This document shows, in pieces, positions 37,901 through 50,549 of a stretch of DNA of 64,000 nucleotides (position 1 is its first letter; every line of letters starts with the position of its first letter). This DNA comes from the human T2T-CHM13v2.0 reference genome, Homo sapiens. The stretch lies in assembly GCF_009914755.1 (NCBI RefSeq), contig NC_060948.1. One strand, written 5' to 3'. The position numbers and the translations under genes were made by a program. The notes under the pieces were generated by a model, which did no database searches, was not told the DNA's origin, and worked only from the letters and a program-made list of their open reading frames with translations.

Positions 37901-40530
37901 TAACACCTTAAAGAATGTCCCGGATGTGTCTACTTCAGATTTTACAATAGGAAACATGAGGAGGCATAAAAAAGGAGAGTAAAAACAAGAAAAGAACAGA
38001 GAGTCTAGCTAACACAATAGAGTTTTCTAAAAATGCAGGCCCCAGGGTGGCACCTGCTATCTGCTATCAATGTGGTAAAACAGGACACTTTAGCAAGAAA
38101 TGTGGAGACAACAATAGGAAGCCACCTCAACATTGTCCAACTTACGGTGGTGAGCACTGAAGTGTGTGCTAATTTAAGAGGCATACATCACTAAGCCCAG
38201 GACCAGTCTCACAAAGGGTCCAGCAGGACTGACAGTTCCCTGGAGATCAATTCCCCAGCCCTAACAGCTGCCATACTCTTCAGGTTCCATACTCTTCAAA
38301 ATCCTTGGGTGATTCTGGAGGTGGAAGGGAGGAAAGTAGACTTCCTTCTGGAAACTGGAGCAGGTCTGTTTGTTCTGCTTTCCAATCAAGGCTTTCTCTC
38401 GTCCCACAATGTGACAATGATGGATGTGTCAGCAAAGTCCTTTATACAATATTTTCTCAGCCCATTAGTTATGGTTGAAACAGCCTTCTATTTAGTCATA
38501 TCAATTTAATAATTCCTGAAATTTCCACTTTATTACTAGGTAGAGATATTTTAGCCCATAAAGAAGCATCCATCTGAATGGCTGCATGATAAATTCTTGC
38601 TCTCCCCTAAGGGGAAACCAATATTAAATAACAAGCATGGGATGTCGAGAAAAATGTTGCTGGGCTACAAGCACTGTATGCATCCATATTTACCTTAAGG
38701 ATTTCACTATTTTTTCTAGCCAGAGGCAGTATTTCCCAAAGCCAGAAGGTGGAAAAGGGCTAGAAGTCATTATAAATAAGCTATAAATGAAAGGCATTTT
38801 TAGACCCTGCAACAGTCTTTAGAAAACTCCAAATATCAAAGAAGGTCACTTTTTAACATGCTCAGAAATCCCATTTTTTTTTTTTTTGGACCTCAATAGG
38901 TGAAAAGTTTACCCAACTCATAGGTATTTGGAAGTAAAACCCATGGTTGTGCTTGGCTTTAAGAGGTCTTATCAGAAGTTCCTCATTAAAAAAGAGTTTC
39001 ATCAAAGCCAATGTACAAAGGCTATTTGAGAATAATTATTTGGCCTGCATTTTATACCAATAATTAATTTAACTATTACTTTATGGAGTATTTTGCTATC
39101 AACTCAGGCCTATTATATTTGTTTTTTATAGAAATGAACAAGGAAAAGAGAAAAATTTATTTCAAATATTACATTGGCCATTATCTTCTACTCTCATTAG
39201 TTGTCTTTAGAATTTGCCTATATTTTATAATATCCCTGTTAATTCCTGTGATCCGCTCAGAAATCTCCTGCTACAGCTAAGTAGAAAACATAAAAAGATT
39301 AATATTGTGATGTATGTAATAATACCCTGTTGTAGGCAATTATTCTACAAATTTTGCCAGGTAAAGAGACTATATTGTGGACTCATAATCAAGGGGTGTT
39401 TATGTTTGTGGGGTTAAGACTAAGGAAGTTAAGCAAAGCAAAGCCCCATGAACTCACAACTTCTCTGGCGTACCTATAGCCCTCAGTTATCAGGGCATGT
39501 CCACAGCCTCAGAATTTTTAAGCTGTTTATTACCTCAGCTAATCTCATTTTAACACAGATATTTTGAGAAACCAAATTTTTTCATCTCATGTAGAGGAAA
39601 TCAAACTCCAAATGGTACTGCAAATGAAACCACTTATGAAAACACTGTGTTTCTGGAAATATTATCCTGACCTCAGGTGGAGTTCCAGCTGTTGTATTTT
39701 GTTGTACAAACCCCCTCCCTAAGAGTAAGTAGCTGGAAAGATCAATTCTCCCTAACAGCAGTTAGTTAGGTATTCAGGGTGGGCCTCTCCCTAACAGTAG
39801 AGAATAGTTAGGTAGTTAGAAGGGGACCTTGGTATAACTTCTAGAAACAAAGATCCAGCTTGCAAAAAAGATCCTACAGACACATATTAGTAAACTTACA
39901 CAAACCTTCAGCCCACTGATATGAAGAAACGCAGGCCGACATAGACATATCTTTGTTCTTTGTGCACAAAGATATGCTCACAAAGAAACTAACTGAAAAA
40001 CAACAACATTGAAACACCCTTTTCTTTTGTATAAGCAATGGACTATCAAATATAGTCACTATTTTTTCAGCTGGAGGAAGTACACAGTGGGGGACAATAA
40101 GTTTTAGTGGGCCTTTTTTTTTCTGGACACCCTTTGGAATACAACAAGAACTGGTATAAATTATCACGTCAGTCTCTGATTAGTCATGGGTCAAGGTCGT
40201 GGACCAAGCTTTTACATTAGCACTTGTTAGTCATGGGTCAAGGACATGGGCCAACTTTTCATGTCAGAACTTGTTTGGTCCCAAACAAATTCCAAAGCCA
40301 AACTGATCTTTTTCCAAGATCAGTCATCATATTCTTCCATTTCCCAGTACATGAGGACCCCAAACACCAGTGTTACAGTGGGCAACTAATTTTGGTTGTC
40401 ACGGTGGAGAGCTATTTTAATTTCCTTCTTACACTTTGTTTCTACTTTCAATTTTTGTGTGACTTCCTCAAGTTTTTGGCCATGAGAAAAATAACTTTTT
40501 GTGATATGTCACAATGAGAATTTTCTACAC
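37900..40530 (+). mobile_element. ERV1 fragment: gag zinc knuckle, protease, pol start, 3' internal region and LTR (~39810-40530)
   Basis: CYQCGKTGHFSKKC (CCHC knuckle) at ~38062-38103; protease ORF 38309 VEGRKVDFLLETGAG (catalytic D to E); LTR end 'gtgatatgtcacaatgagaa'. Confidence 0.65.
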
Positions 40531-40544
40531 GTGTACACATGGTT

Positions 40545-42480
40545 CATGGTGAGAATACAAAAAATGAAGCCTGAATTGAGACCTGGGATGCATAAGTCTT
40601 ACTGGACCTTCTAAAATCTGGCCCTGGAAAGCAACCTATGTCCCTGCACACATTCCATCTTCCAGTTGTCGCCACCACTGGCTGGATAGGTTTGAGGTGG
40701 CATCCTTTTGTTTTTTCTGCAGTTCTTCCTGAACAGTCCTGGATGGCCAAACTTGCAGAAGTTCGAAGGTCCAGCTCAAAACTCCTGGATTTTGTAGACC
40801 TATAATTCAGTCACTTGTGCTTTGTCTGACTCTTGTTTTTTCCTCCCTTCCTGGGCCTCTTTATGGTCCCTATTGTAAAAGACCAGGAATGCCACCCCAC
40901 AACAGTTTTTCTACAGTGGTATCCCATAGCATAGCCTGCTTTTGAAGTTACCTTCTGATTTAAAAATTGAGTAATAAACTGGTCTTTTAAGATTATCTGT
41001 ATTTTATTTAAATCAGGAGATAGGATTTTTTCTCAAAATCCACAGAATCCATTCTCACCCTTTCACCCTTTTCATAAAGTCTGAAATATTTTGATTTGGT
41101 TTTTATTTCACTATGGCCAGTTTAGGTCAATTGAGAGATTTGATTCCAGTTTCTTGAAAGCTTTTTAATATTCACATTGGAAAGTCTTTGTTTCCACTCT
41201 CCCATTAAATCAGTAGGCCTTTAGTTAGGGTTTTTAAGGGCAATGTCTCCCTTCTTATTGGAAATGGGGCTTATACTTTTCCACTTTTTTTTTCTTTTTT
41301 GGACAGGTTTTCTTCTTTGGGTGGCTATATGAAATATTCCATTTGTCCTTGAAACTCTCTGTTGCCTGTAGGTCTTCCTGTTCCTCAGAAATACTTCAGA
41401 TTTGGCTTAGGAATGACAACATTTTGCCATGCAAAATCAAAAACTTGGACAGCATTTTGGAAAGCCTGTCTGTATTCATCCAGGTTATCAAAATACTTTT
41501 CTGTGTCCCAATCTATGTGTTTAAAGTCTTGTAACTAAAAGAGAACCAGGAATTTAGAAGCACCATGTTTATTGAGCATTTTCTTTAGGGGTAGCAGTTT
41601 AATGGAGGATTGATTGGGATAATTGAAGAAGCTGAGGATGATAAAGTGACTAGAGGAGTCTCTGGATAGGGGATAGAAGAAAAGCTGGAACATCTGGAAG
41701 TTTCTTCTGAGGCTTTCCTGGGCAGTTGTTTCTCTGACTTTTGAGAAATGTTCACTATAGACAAGTCCAATGTGCTAAGAGGGCATGGTCAACATTACAA
41801 TGCTTACAAATATCTGGATTGTTTGCAGGACAAAGAAAGCACCTCAGACAATTTGCCTTATCACTTGAAGAAAATATCTAGGTGTTAGATAGTATTGAGA
41901 GAAAAAGGTTATGCAGATAGGATGAATTCTTGCTAAAACTACTTTAAACAAAGAAACAGACTCAAATACCAGGCTGCAGGCAGATGTCTTAAAACCCTGC
42001 ACAAAACTGCAGTCCACTCATATAAAGGAACAAAGCCTAACAAGTAACCCTTTTGTATTTTTTTTTTGCCTAAAATGTACCAAAAATAATCTGATAAAAG
42101 AAGAAGAGTCTGCATAAAAACATTTTTCTTCTTTAAAGAAAGCACATACTTCCAGAAAATAGTCTCTATTCCTTTTACCCAGGGGGCTTCAGTGTGCTCT
42201 GATGAACACTTTTATTTTCTTCTTCTTTTTTTTTTCTGGATATGCTTTCCACTGTGAGCTGAGCCTCTATAAATTTTTATTTCAGCTACCTTTCAGTCTT
42301 GGGTCCAGGTTCTGAGCCAAGCCAACTAGTACTTTTTCAAGACTAGTAAGCATACTCTTTTCTTAATTCATAAAAACATCAGAACCTGCCTCATAGTGAC
42401 AAACCCATCCTGTCTCCTATCTGTGCTGTGAATAAGTTTTGCTTAAGTTGTCAATCAGACTTCACTCTTAGCATGTACAG

Positions 42481-42512
<32 letters not shown>

Positions 42513-42570
42513 TGCAGTCAGAGAAAAAACTCTGATGATACCTCACAAGAGCAGACTGATATATATAGTG
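40545..42570. mobile_element. Antisense HUERS-like gag fragment (40545-41894) joined to a sense MER4-group LTR (41895-42570)
   Basis: Minus-strand gag motifs 'aacctggatgaatacagacaggctttccaaaat' and a degenerate zinc knuckle near 40740. The LTR starts 'tgagagaaaaagg' and ends 'gatacctcacaagagcagactgata'. Confidence 0.55.
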
Positions 42571-42977
42571 GTGAATCCACATGGCTGCAAAAGTGTTCAT
42601 AAGAACACACGGAAGCACACTGGGTAGAAGAAATAGAGATTTTTTTGTGGAAGAGAAATGATTTTATGCAGAATCTTCTTTGTCTTTTATCAGAATACCT
42701 GTAGGAATGTTTTAGGCCAAAAAAATACAAAAGGATTTCTTTGACAGGCTTTGTTCCTTTATATGAGTGGACAGCAGGTTTGTGCAAGTTTTTTTAAAAA
42801 TCTGCCTGCAGCCTGGTATTTCAGTCTGTTTCTTTGCTTAAAGTAGTTTTAGCAAGAATCCGTCTTATCTACATAACTTCTCTCTCAATATTATCCAACA
42901 TCTAGATATTTTCTGCAAGTGAGAAGGCAAATTGTCTGAGGTACCATGTGTGCCAGGTTTCTTTGTCCTGCAAACTG
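41820..42977. repeat. Inverted repeat with ~390-bp arms (41820-42215 and 42588-42977)
   Basis: The arms are colinear reverse complements, e.g. 'ttcttgctaaaactactttaaacaaagaaacagact' vs 'agtctgtttctttgcttaaagtagttttagcaagaa'. Confidence 0.85.
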
Positions 42978-42978
42978 T

Positions 42979-43539
42979 TGTAACTGAGCAAGTTAGAGAG
43001 AAATCACCACACTTTGAGGTGGATTCAAGAGTCCTTTATTAGCCAGTGATCAAGAGAAAGATAACGCACAAAATTCTCTCGGCCTCAAAGAAGGGGCTAG
43101 ATTTTCTTTTATACTTTGGTTTAGAGAGAGGAGGGGGAATTCTAGTTGCAACAATCTTACAGAAGACAAAACAGACAAGAAAGTTAAAAAGACAAATTGT
43201 TACAGGAAAACAAACAGTTCCAGGTGCAGGGGCTTTAAATTCATCACAAGGTGACAGGTGAGGGGGCCCTTGGCATTATCTACCAGAAAAACATGGGGGC
43301 ATTATGGTACCATCTCAGAGCAAATTGCTGGGAACTGTGGACATCACTTGCCTCAGCATGTTATCAGTTAATTGTAGTCTTTGATATGTTGAGAATCTTG
43401 CACAAGTTAAAGTCCTTGAGGAAAAGGGGTGGGTAAGGAGCCCTTGATGTCTTGTAAATGAAGGAGCCAAATGGCATTAGTCTGCTTTTCTCAGCTAAGG
43501 GTGAGTCTATTCATATTAAAAACAATGTTAGGTATTACA
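42979..43539 (-). mobile_element. LTR6, 3' LTR of HERV-T (HERVS71)
   Basis: The reverse complement begins 'tgtaatacctaacattgtttttaatatgaatagactc', immediately after the PPT 'aaatggggaa', and ends '...gttaca'. Confidence 0.88.
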
Positions 43540-43563
43540 TTCCCCATTTGTGTTTTTGGGGAG

Positions 43564-45445
43564 TCAAATCATTGATTCCTCATTTAGAACAAGGGGGTCG
43601 TATAGGGTTTTAAGATACATAAGTTTGACAGAAGGTATGCATTGCTTTACAAAGTTATGAAACCAGTTTAATATACATGGCCCAAAGATTAAGCCTAACA
43701 GCAGGAGGAGAATGGGTGGTTCAGCTAACCCAGTGACTAGAGTAGTTAGCCATGGATTCCAGTTACACATGCTTTGATACCAGGGAGTGTTATTTTCTCA
43801 TTCTTGTTGGCATCTATCTAGATTTTCTTGAACCTTTTGGAGAGTATCCTTTATGACCCCAGACTGATTGGTTCAGAAGAAACAACTTTCTCTGAGAGCT
43901 GTGAATAAACCTTCTTGGGAGAGGAATGGCAGATCTAAGCCTCACCAGTTTTGAAGAGCTACTTCAGCCAGAGACTGTACCTGGTGTGCAGTATATCTAT
44001 GGCTGACCGGAGGTTGCTTAAACCTACCTGTTGAGACAGGGACACCTGTCCAGTTTCTCCCTTAACCAGGGCAGCCGTGGCGATGGCTGCTGATCCGGCT
44101 ATGCTAAGGCTGGCCAGGAGGGGTACTAGGAGCGGAAGGCCTCGGCAAATCCTGGGATGTAATTCAAGGGGAGTGATGAGAAGTTGTTCTTCTGGCCCAC
44201 TGTACACATATATCTGGGGAACCACATGAACTAACACACACAGGAGAGGTCCTGGTTCAGTCCCATTGATGCAGTGAGTGAGACCTGAAGTGCAGGCTAA
44301 CTAGGTATTATTAGGTGCCTGGTAGGAGACTGAGGTACTTAAGGAAGTAAGCAGGGACTGATTACAAGCAGCCTGAAATGGAGAAGCAGATAAGTTATAT
44401 CCAGCACTAATTAGGCAAGAAATGTTCCCAGACACGTCTCCTAGTGTGAGGGCATAGGGTCGTGCATGACAAGAAAGAGGGCCACTTTTAAGCATAGCTT
44501 CTACTCCTAATCCCACATAATAAAGGGGTTTGGCATTTAGACATAGCCAACAAACTTGAGCTAGTTTAGGCCAGGTGAGATTAGGAGGTGATATACCCTG
44601 CCTAGAATGGACATCAGGCTGGGTTGGAGATGTTGTCATTGCAGCTGGGGTTTAGGAACTAGGAATGGTGGCAGAACAGTTAAATCGACCTTGTCTGGGT
44701 GTTTTTGGAACATAGGGTCACCTAGATCAGTTAAAGGCCCCATTGTCTTAGGAGGGCTCCATGAGATCAGGATTTTCTTTTGGATGGTGAACACAGTTAC
44801 AACATCAAATCCCAGGATATAAAGCCTTAATCCCCATGACATGCCATAATACCATTGAGCTGAATTAGGTTTATGGGTGGTTATGGTTTGAGTATTACTA
44901 TTTTTTCTGGTACATAGTCTAGGATGGGAAACATGAGCTATGGAAAGAGTTGAAGATCAGGTTGATCCCCCAGAGTAAGTGGCTAAAGTTACACATGTCC
45001 AGTTAGGGCAGAAAAACTCATAAGTATCTCTACAACTAGAGTCAGGATGATTTCCAGGAGAGAAGTAAAAGCGCACCTTTGGAGCTCCCACATCCGGTCT
45101 GGCTCCTGGAGTGTCCAAATCCTGCAGCAAGGTCGACGTTCCCTGCTCCCATGACTGGCAGGTTGCATCTTTCCTTGTGGGTACGAGCAGGTTCTGGGAA
45201 CAAAACACATAAATTGAATGCAAGAGAGACTTCCTTGGAGGTTCCTGCCTTCCAAGTAGTGTTTGCAAATACATGTCCTGTCATGAAAGAAGTGAGGAGT
45301 AAGGAACAGGAAGGTGCGGAGGGCATAACAGGTGGAAACCAACAAGAAAGGTAAAAATAATAATAATAATAATAATAATTAATCTAATGGCTTCACTCGA
45401 CTTAGACACAGTTTTAAGGGGCCTGGCCCAGGCTTGGGGACCCAT
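43564..45445 (-). pseudogene. env: HERV-T env, disrupted
   Basis: MGPQAWARPLKT..., FANTTWKAGTSKEVS, CWLCLNAKPLYYVGLG and NWNPWLTTLVTGLA match recalled HERV-T Env; several frameshifts and stops. Confidence 0.9.
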
Positions 45446-48400
45446 GTTTCCTGCCAGGCTTTGTTGGTCTTTTTGAAGCTGGAGTGATGAATCCAAGCAG
45501 GAATGCTGTCCACCTTCAGAGCATTGGCATGGTGAGGACAGTATGAGGTCCTTTCCAAGCAGAAGTGAGTCCTTCTTTCTGGAACTTTTTAACACCAGGT
45601 CATCTGGCTGAAACAAGTGGTAGGGCCCCATCTGGTTAGGAACTGGATTGGGATGAGCTCCCTGGACAAGTGGCTGGATGATATCTCGTATCCATTGGAG
45701 AGACTGCAGGAGTAATAAATTAGCTTGTGATAATTCTGCTAAATGGGTATCCCTTAGCTTTAGGCAAGACAGGCGGCGCCCAGCCATACATGATTTCAAA
45801 AGGTGAAAAACCAGCCCAGTAAGGAGTGCATCTTACTCTAAGAAGGGCTAAAGGAAGGAGTCTTACCCAATTCTCACCAGTCTCTAAGATCAATTTCATA
45901 AGAGTACTTTTTGGGATGTGGTTCATGTGTTCTACCTGCCCAGAGCTCTGGGGTCAATAGGCACAGTGGAGTTTCCAGTGAATGTTTAATGCATTACTGA
46001 ATGATCAATGGAGGAGGTGAAGGCCAGTCTATTATCAGACCCTACGGCAGCAGGCAGCCCATGTCAAGGGATGATTTCATTGAGTAAAAACCTAACTACC
46101 ATGGTGGCAGTCTCGTTTTCAGTGGCAAATGCCTCAGTCCCTCCGGAGAAAATGTCTGCTAGTATCAGAAGGTATTTCTACCCAGCCCGGTGTGGTTTTA
46201 TTTCTGTAAAGTCGATTTCCCACTTTTCTCCTGATGAGTTTCTCCAGTGGCAGTGGCCTGAGCTGGGTTTAGGACTTTGCCTGGTGTTTACCTAAGCACA
46301 AGCCGCACACCAGAGAGCTGCTTGATCTGTAAGTTCTGAAGGCAAGGGATCTTGAAATGGCTACTTAGGAGCTGGGCCAGTTTTGCATCTCTCAAATGAG
46401 TGGTAGAATGCAGACGACTGATTAAACTTTCCTGAGAGCTCAGGGTACAAAGATTCTGGAGTCAGGAAGAAGCCACCAACCTTCCTGATTTTTAGTGGCC
46501 TGGAGATCTGAAGCCAGTTTTACTTCTTCTGCTGAGCATGCGGTATGATTGCATAAGTCAGGCTGTGGAAAGAACACTGCAGGCAGTAATGTTAAAGGCA
46601 TGACTGGAAGCCATGCAGCCTCCAGGGCCAAAAAGTCCACTCTCTGATTACCATGGGCAATGGCCGTGTCTTCTCTTTGATGTCCTTTGCAATGAATTAC
46701 AGCCACTTGCTGAGGGAGCCATAGGGCTCCAAGCAGGGCTAGAATTTCTTCTGTGTTTTTGATCATCTTTCCTGCTGTGGTGACTAGCCTGCACTCTTGA
46801 TAGATGACTCCATGCACATGCACAGTAGCGAATTCATACCTACTGTTAGTGTAAATGTTAATACATTTGTCCTTACCCAATCGGAGAGCCTGTGTCAGGG
46901 CAACCAACTCAGCTCTCTGAGCTGAGGTGCCAGCCGGCAGAACTTGGGCCCACAGGATATCCATCTCCATGGTGATGGCTGCACCAGTCTTTTGAACTCC
47001 CCACTCAAGGAGGCTGCTACTCTCTGTATCCACAGTGGTGTCTGCCTCCTTTAAGGGCACATCTTGGAGATCATGTCGGCCAATTTCTCTGGTCTCTAAC
47101 AGTTGTTGGCAGTCATGGACATGTGTGTTGAAGTCTGGATATGGGAGTAAAGTTACTGGATTTAAACACTGTGGGAGAGAAAGTTAAACAAGGCTGATCT
47201 AATAGTAAACTCTGATATTGTAAAATGTGAGCATTTGACAATCATTTGCCAGAAGCACTTCACAGCAAAGTCTCTATGGCATGAGGAGCTGTAAGGGTTA
47301 AGTTTTGACTTAAAGTCAGTTTATCAGACTCCTGAACTAGGCTTGCTGTGGCTGCTATGTCTCCCAGGCAACTGGACCCCCTGGAGGCCATGGGGTCTAT
47401 TCTCTTAGACAAATAGGTAACTTGGCATCACCTTGGCCCCAAGATCTGAGTGAGTATCCCTTTAGCAACTCCCTAGTTTTCATGGACAAAAAGGTGAAAT
47501 GGCTTTGAGATATTTGGAAAGGCTAGAGCAGGGGCCTCAGTTAATGCCTTTTTCAGGTTTTGGAAAGCCTGTTCCTCTGTGTCAGTCCAAATTAGTGAGC
47601 CATTCCCTCCTGTAGCACTGTACAGGTGCTTGGCAATCCTCATAAACCCTAAAATCCATAGGCAACAGTATCCCATGGCCCCCAGGAACTCATGTACCTG
47701 TCTCTTGGTGGTGGGAGAGGGGATTCATAGGATAGTTTCCTTCTGGGCACTGGTGAGTGCCCTTTCCCCTTGGTTTGTCTCATACCCCAGGTAGGACAAT
47801 CTAGGAGGACAAAGCTGGACCTTCTCTGCAGACCCATTATCTGAGTTCCTGAAGGAGGTAAAGTAGGTCCCTAGTATGTTGCAGGCAGCTGTCAGTAGGT
47901 TCTGTAGCTAATAAAAGATCATCTATGTACTGAAGAAGAGTATGATTGGGTGACTGGCTTGGAATGGTATAAGATCCTGCTGGAAAGCTTCAAAAAGATT
48001 GGGAGAATTTTTAAAACCTTGAGGCAATTGAGTCCAGGTCAATTGGGGGGTGTCTCCCAAGCCAGGATCTGTCCATTCAAAAACAAAGATTGGTAGGCTC
48101 TTGGGGCCAGAGGAATAGCAAAGAAGTCATCCTTTAAGTCAAGGACAGTGTATCCTGTATGTTCTGGCAGCAGCAGGCTGAGTAGACTATAAGGATTAGG
48201 GACCGTTGGATGGATGGTAACTGAATATTTTTTAACTTCCCTTAAGTCAAGTACTGGCCAGTAATCATTTTTTCCAGGTTTCTGGACTGGCAAAAATGGA
48301 GTATTCCAGGCCGACTGACATGGTGTGAGTGTGCCAGCTGGTAACAGTCACTGAATATTGGGATTGATCCCCTGTCTAGCCACTGACTCACAGGATATTG

Positions 48401-48965
48401 CTTTTTCTAGATCAGAGAGGTGGTGGTCAGGAGTTCTACAACCACTGGCAGATGGTGCTTAGCCAGTCCTGGGGGGGTTGACTCAGCCCAGACTCAGGGA
48501 AAGAGTGTCTGTAAGTCCAACAGGAGAGGATTGGTGTTATTCTCCAGTGGTTGTGATGGTGAAATTAAAAGATATTCCTCTTAAAGAGGGATACTTAGCT
48601 GGAGTGGGGCAGTCGGGGGCTTGGTGTTTCCAGCATAAGGTAAGCCTGCTGGGCTGAGAAGGAGATAGAGGCCTGTAACTTATGAAGTAGGTCTCATCCA
48701 AGGAGGAGAAAAGGGCACACTGGGACCACAAGAAATGAGTGAGTTACTCTTTTCTGTCCCAAACTCACTTCTCCTGAGTGTGTGACAGGATATTCTTGAA
48801 TAGCTCCAGTAACCCATTGTACAGCCACTCTTATTACAGACACTGCCCAAGGGTGTCTGCAGTACTCAGTGCTCTGGTATCTATTAGGAAGCATACAGGT
48901 TGGCCTCCCACTGTAGCAGTCACCATGGGTTTCCAGGGGCCAAGACAGATGGAGCCCTGGTCCTG
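45420..48965 (-). pseudogene. pol: HERV-T pro-pol, disrupted
   Basis: Protease FLIDTR (~48880); [23 protein letters not shown] and LQYIDD (~47920); RNaseH SAQRAELVALTQAL (ORF 46440-47060); integrase [21 protein letters not shown]. Confidence 0.9.
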
Positions 48966-50549
48966 TCAGTCATCAGACTCCTCTGCTGCAGGGAGGGTGA
49001 GAACTTTTTTCTTTTCTGATTTTCCCTCTGTTAGTAATGGGCATTCCGTTTTCCAGTGCCCAGTTTGCTTACAATAAGCATATTGTTTTTTCTCCAGGGA
49101 ACCTGTTCACCTTTCTTGCCTTTCCAGTGGGGACCTGGGATTCCCTGGTCACTCTTCTGTGATGGGGGCCTTCCCTTCTTTGCTTCCTGGATGGCTGCCA
49201 CAAGATTTTTGCTTGTCTTTTGGATGCTCTATCAGTGGCCTGTTCAACTGCCTGAGTTGCCTGTTTTTGCTTTTCAAACTCTGGATTGTCAAAAACTTTT
49301 TGGACTATTTCTAAAGGTTGACTGATATTCATCCCAGCAAATCCTTCCAGTTTTTGTACATTTCTTTTAATATCAGGGACTACCTGAGCCACAAACCCCA
49401 AATTAAGAGCACAGCTATTTTCAGGACCTGTCTGTCAGGTCAAAAGGGGTATAAGTCTGATAGACCCCCTGGAGGCTTTCTAAAAACACTCCTGCTGACT
49501 CATCAGTCCCCTGGACAACTTCAGTCCAGACTACCTCCTCCTGCCATGGCCACAAAAGAGAGGCAATAGGTGGAAACACTCAGGGGGCATAGTCAAGGAG
49601 AAAAGGGAAGATTCTACAGGAGCAGGAGGGTTATAAGGTGGTGGAACTGGGTGAGGGAGAGTTTCCTCTTCTTCAGAAGGAGGAAGTACAGGAGGAGTGG
49701 AGCCAGCTGAGGGTTGAGGAGAAAATGAGGTTGGGCTCAACAGGACCTTGGAAGTAGAATTATGAATGGCACATGAATGGAGGCATGGAAGAGGGCTCCT
49801 GACCAAACTTAGCCACTGATCAATGTATGGAAACTGATTGAGGTGACCAAGAGTTCCCACAACACGCCACACAGCCTGAACAATTGCAAGGCTCAGTGAC
49901 CCTTCCGGGGGCCACCTGGCTCCAAAACTTGGCCATTCTACTTCGCAGAGTGTTCAGAGTTTGCCTGTTTTAAGGCAGACCCCATAATCCTCTGAGGAGC
50001 CAAGAGAGAAATTTTGTAACATACATTGTTATATCTCCTGCATGTTCTCACACCTATTGTCTTTCAATTGTGGCCATGGCAGGAGGAGGTAGCCCCCCTC
50101 CTACCACTGAGAGAGGCACCAGTCCCTTCAGGTGATGAGCGCTCAGCCCCATTCTTGGTTTACAGGTCAGGTTTTTCTACTTCTGACCTGTATAACTGGA
50201 AAGCTCAAAATTTCCTCTTTTTAAAAAAAAAGCCCCAGGTCTTGACCTCATTGATGGAGTCTGTGCTCCAGACCCAATGACCCACCTGGGATGACTGTCA
50301 ACAGCTCCTTTTAAGCCTTTTCACCTCTGAAGAGAAGGAATGTATCTGGAGAGAGGCCAGAAAGCATTTCCTCACATAAGCCAATAGGCCAGAACAGGAA
50401 GCTAGAGACCCCCTTGAGGAGTTTTTTCCCTCTACCTGACCTAATTGTGACCCAAACTCCTCAGGTGGGAGGAGAGCTTTGAACAATTTTCACCGGTATC
50501 TCCTTGTGGGTATCAAGGGAGCTGCCTGGAAACCCGTAAGCTTGTCCAT
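48966..50549 (-). pseudogene. gag: HERV-T gag, disrupted and internally rearranged
   Basis: MA WPPEGSL/QFPYIDQW, PPPY late domain, degenerate knuckle YAYCKQTGHWKTEC, stop TGA at 48966-48968. The CA N-terminal segment lies inverted at ~50051-50547. Confidence 0.85.

Noticed and set aside
40160-40310. ~47-bp tandem repeats 'ttagtcatgggtcaagg'
   Set aside because: Related units recur in the other LTRs of this family, so this is an intrinsic LTR feature.
46440-47060. 206-aa open RNaseH segment as a possible domesticated gene
   Set aside because: The catalytic DGS motif appears altered (TESS) and the flanking pol is broken; a residual open frame.
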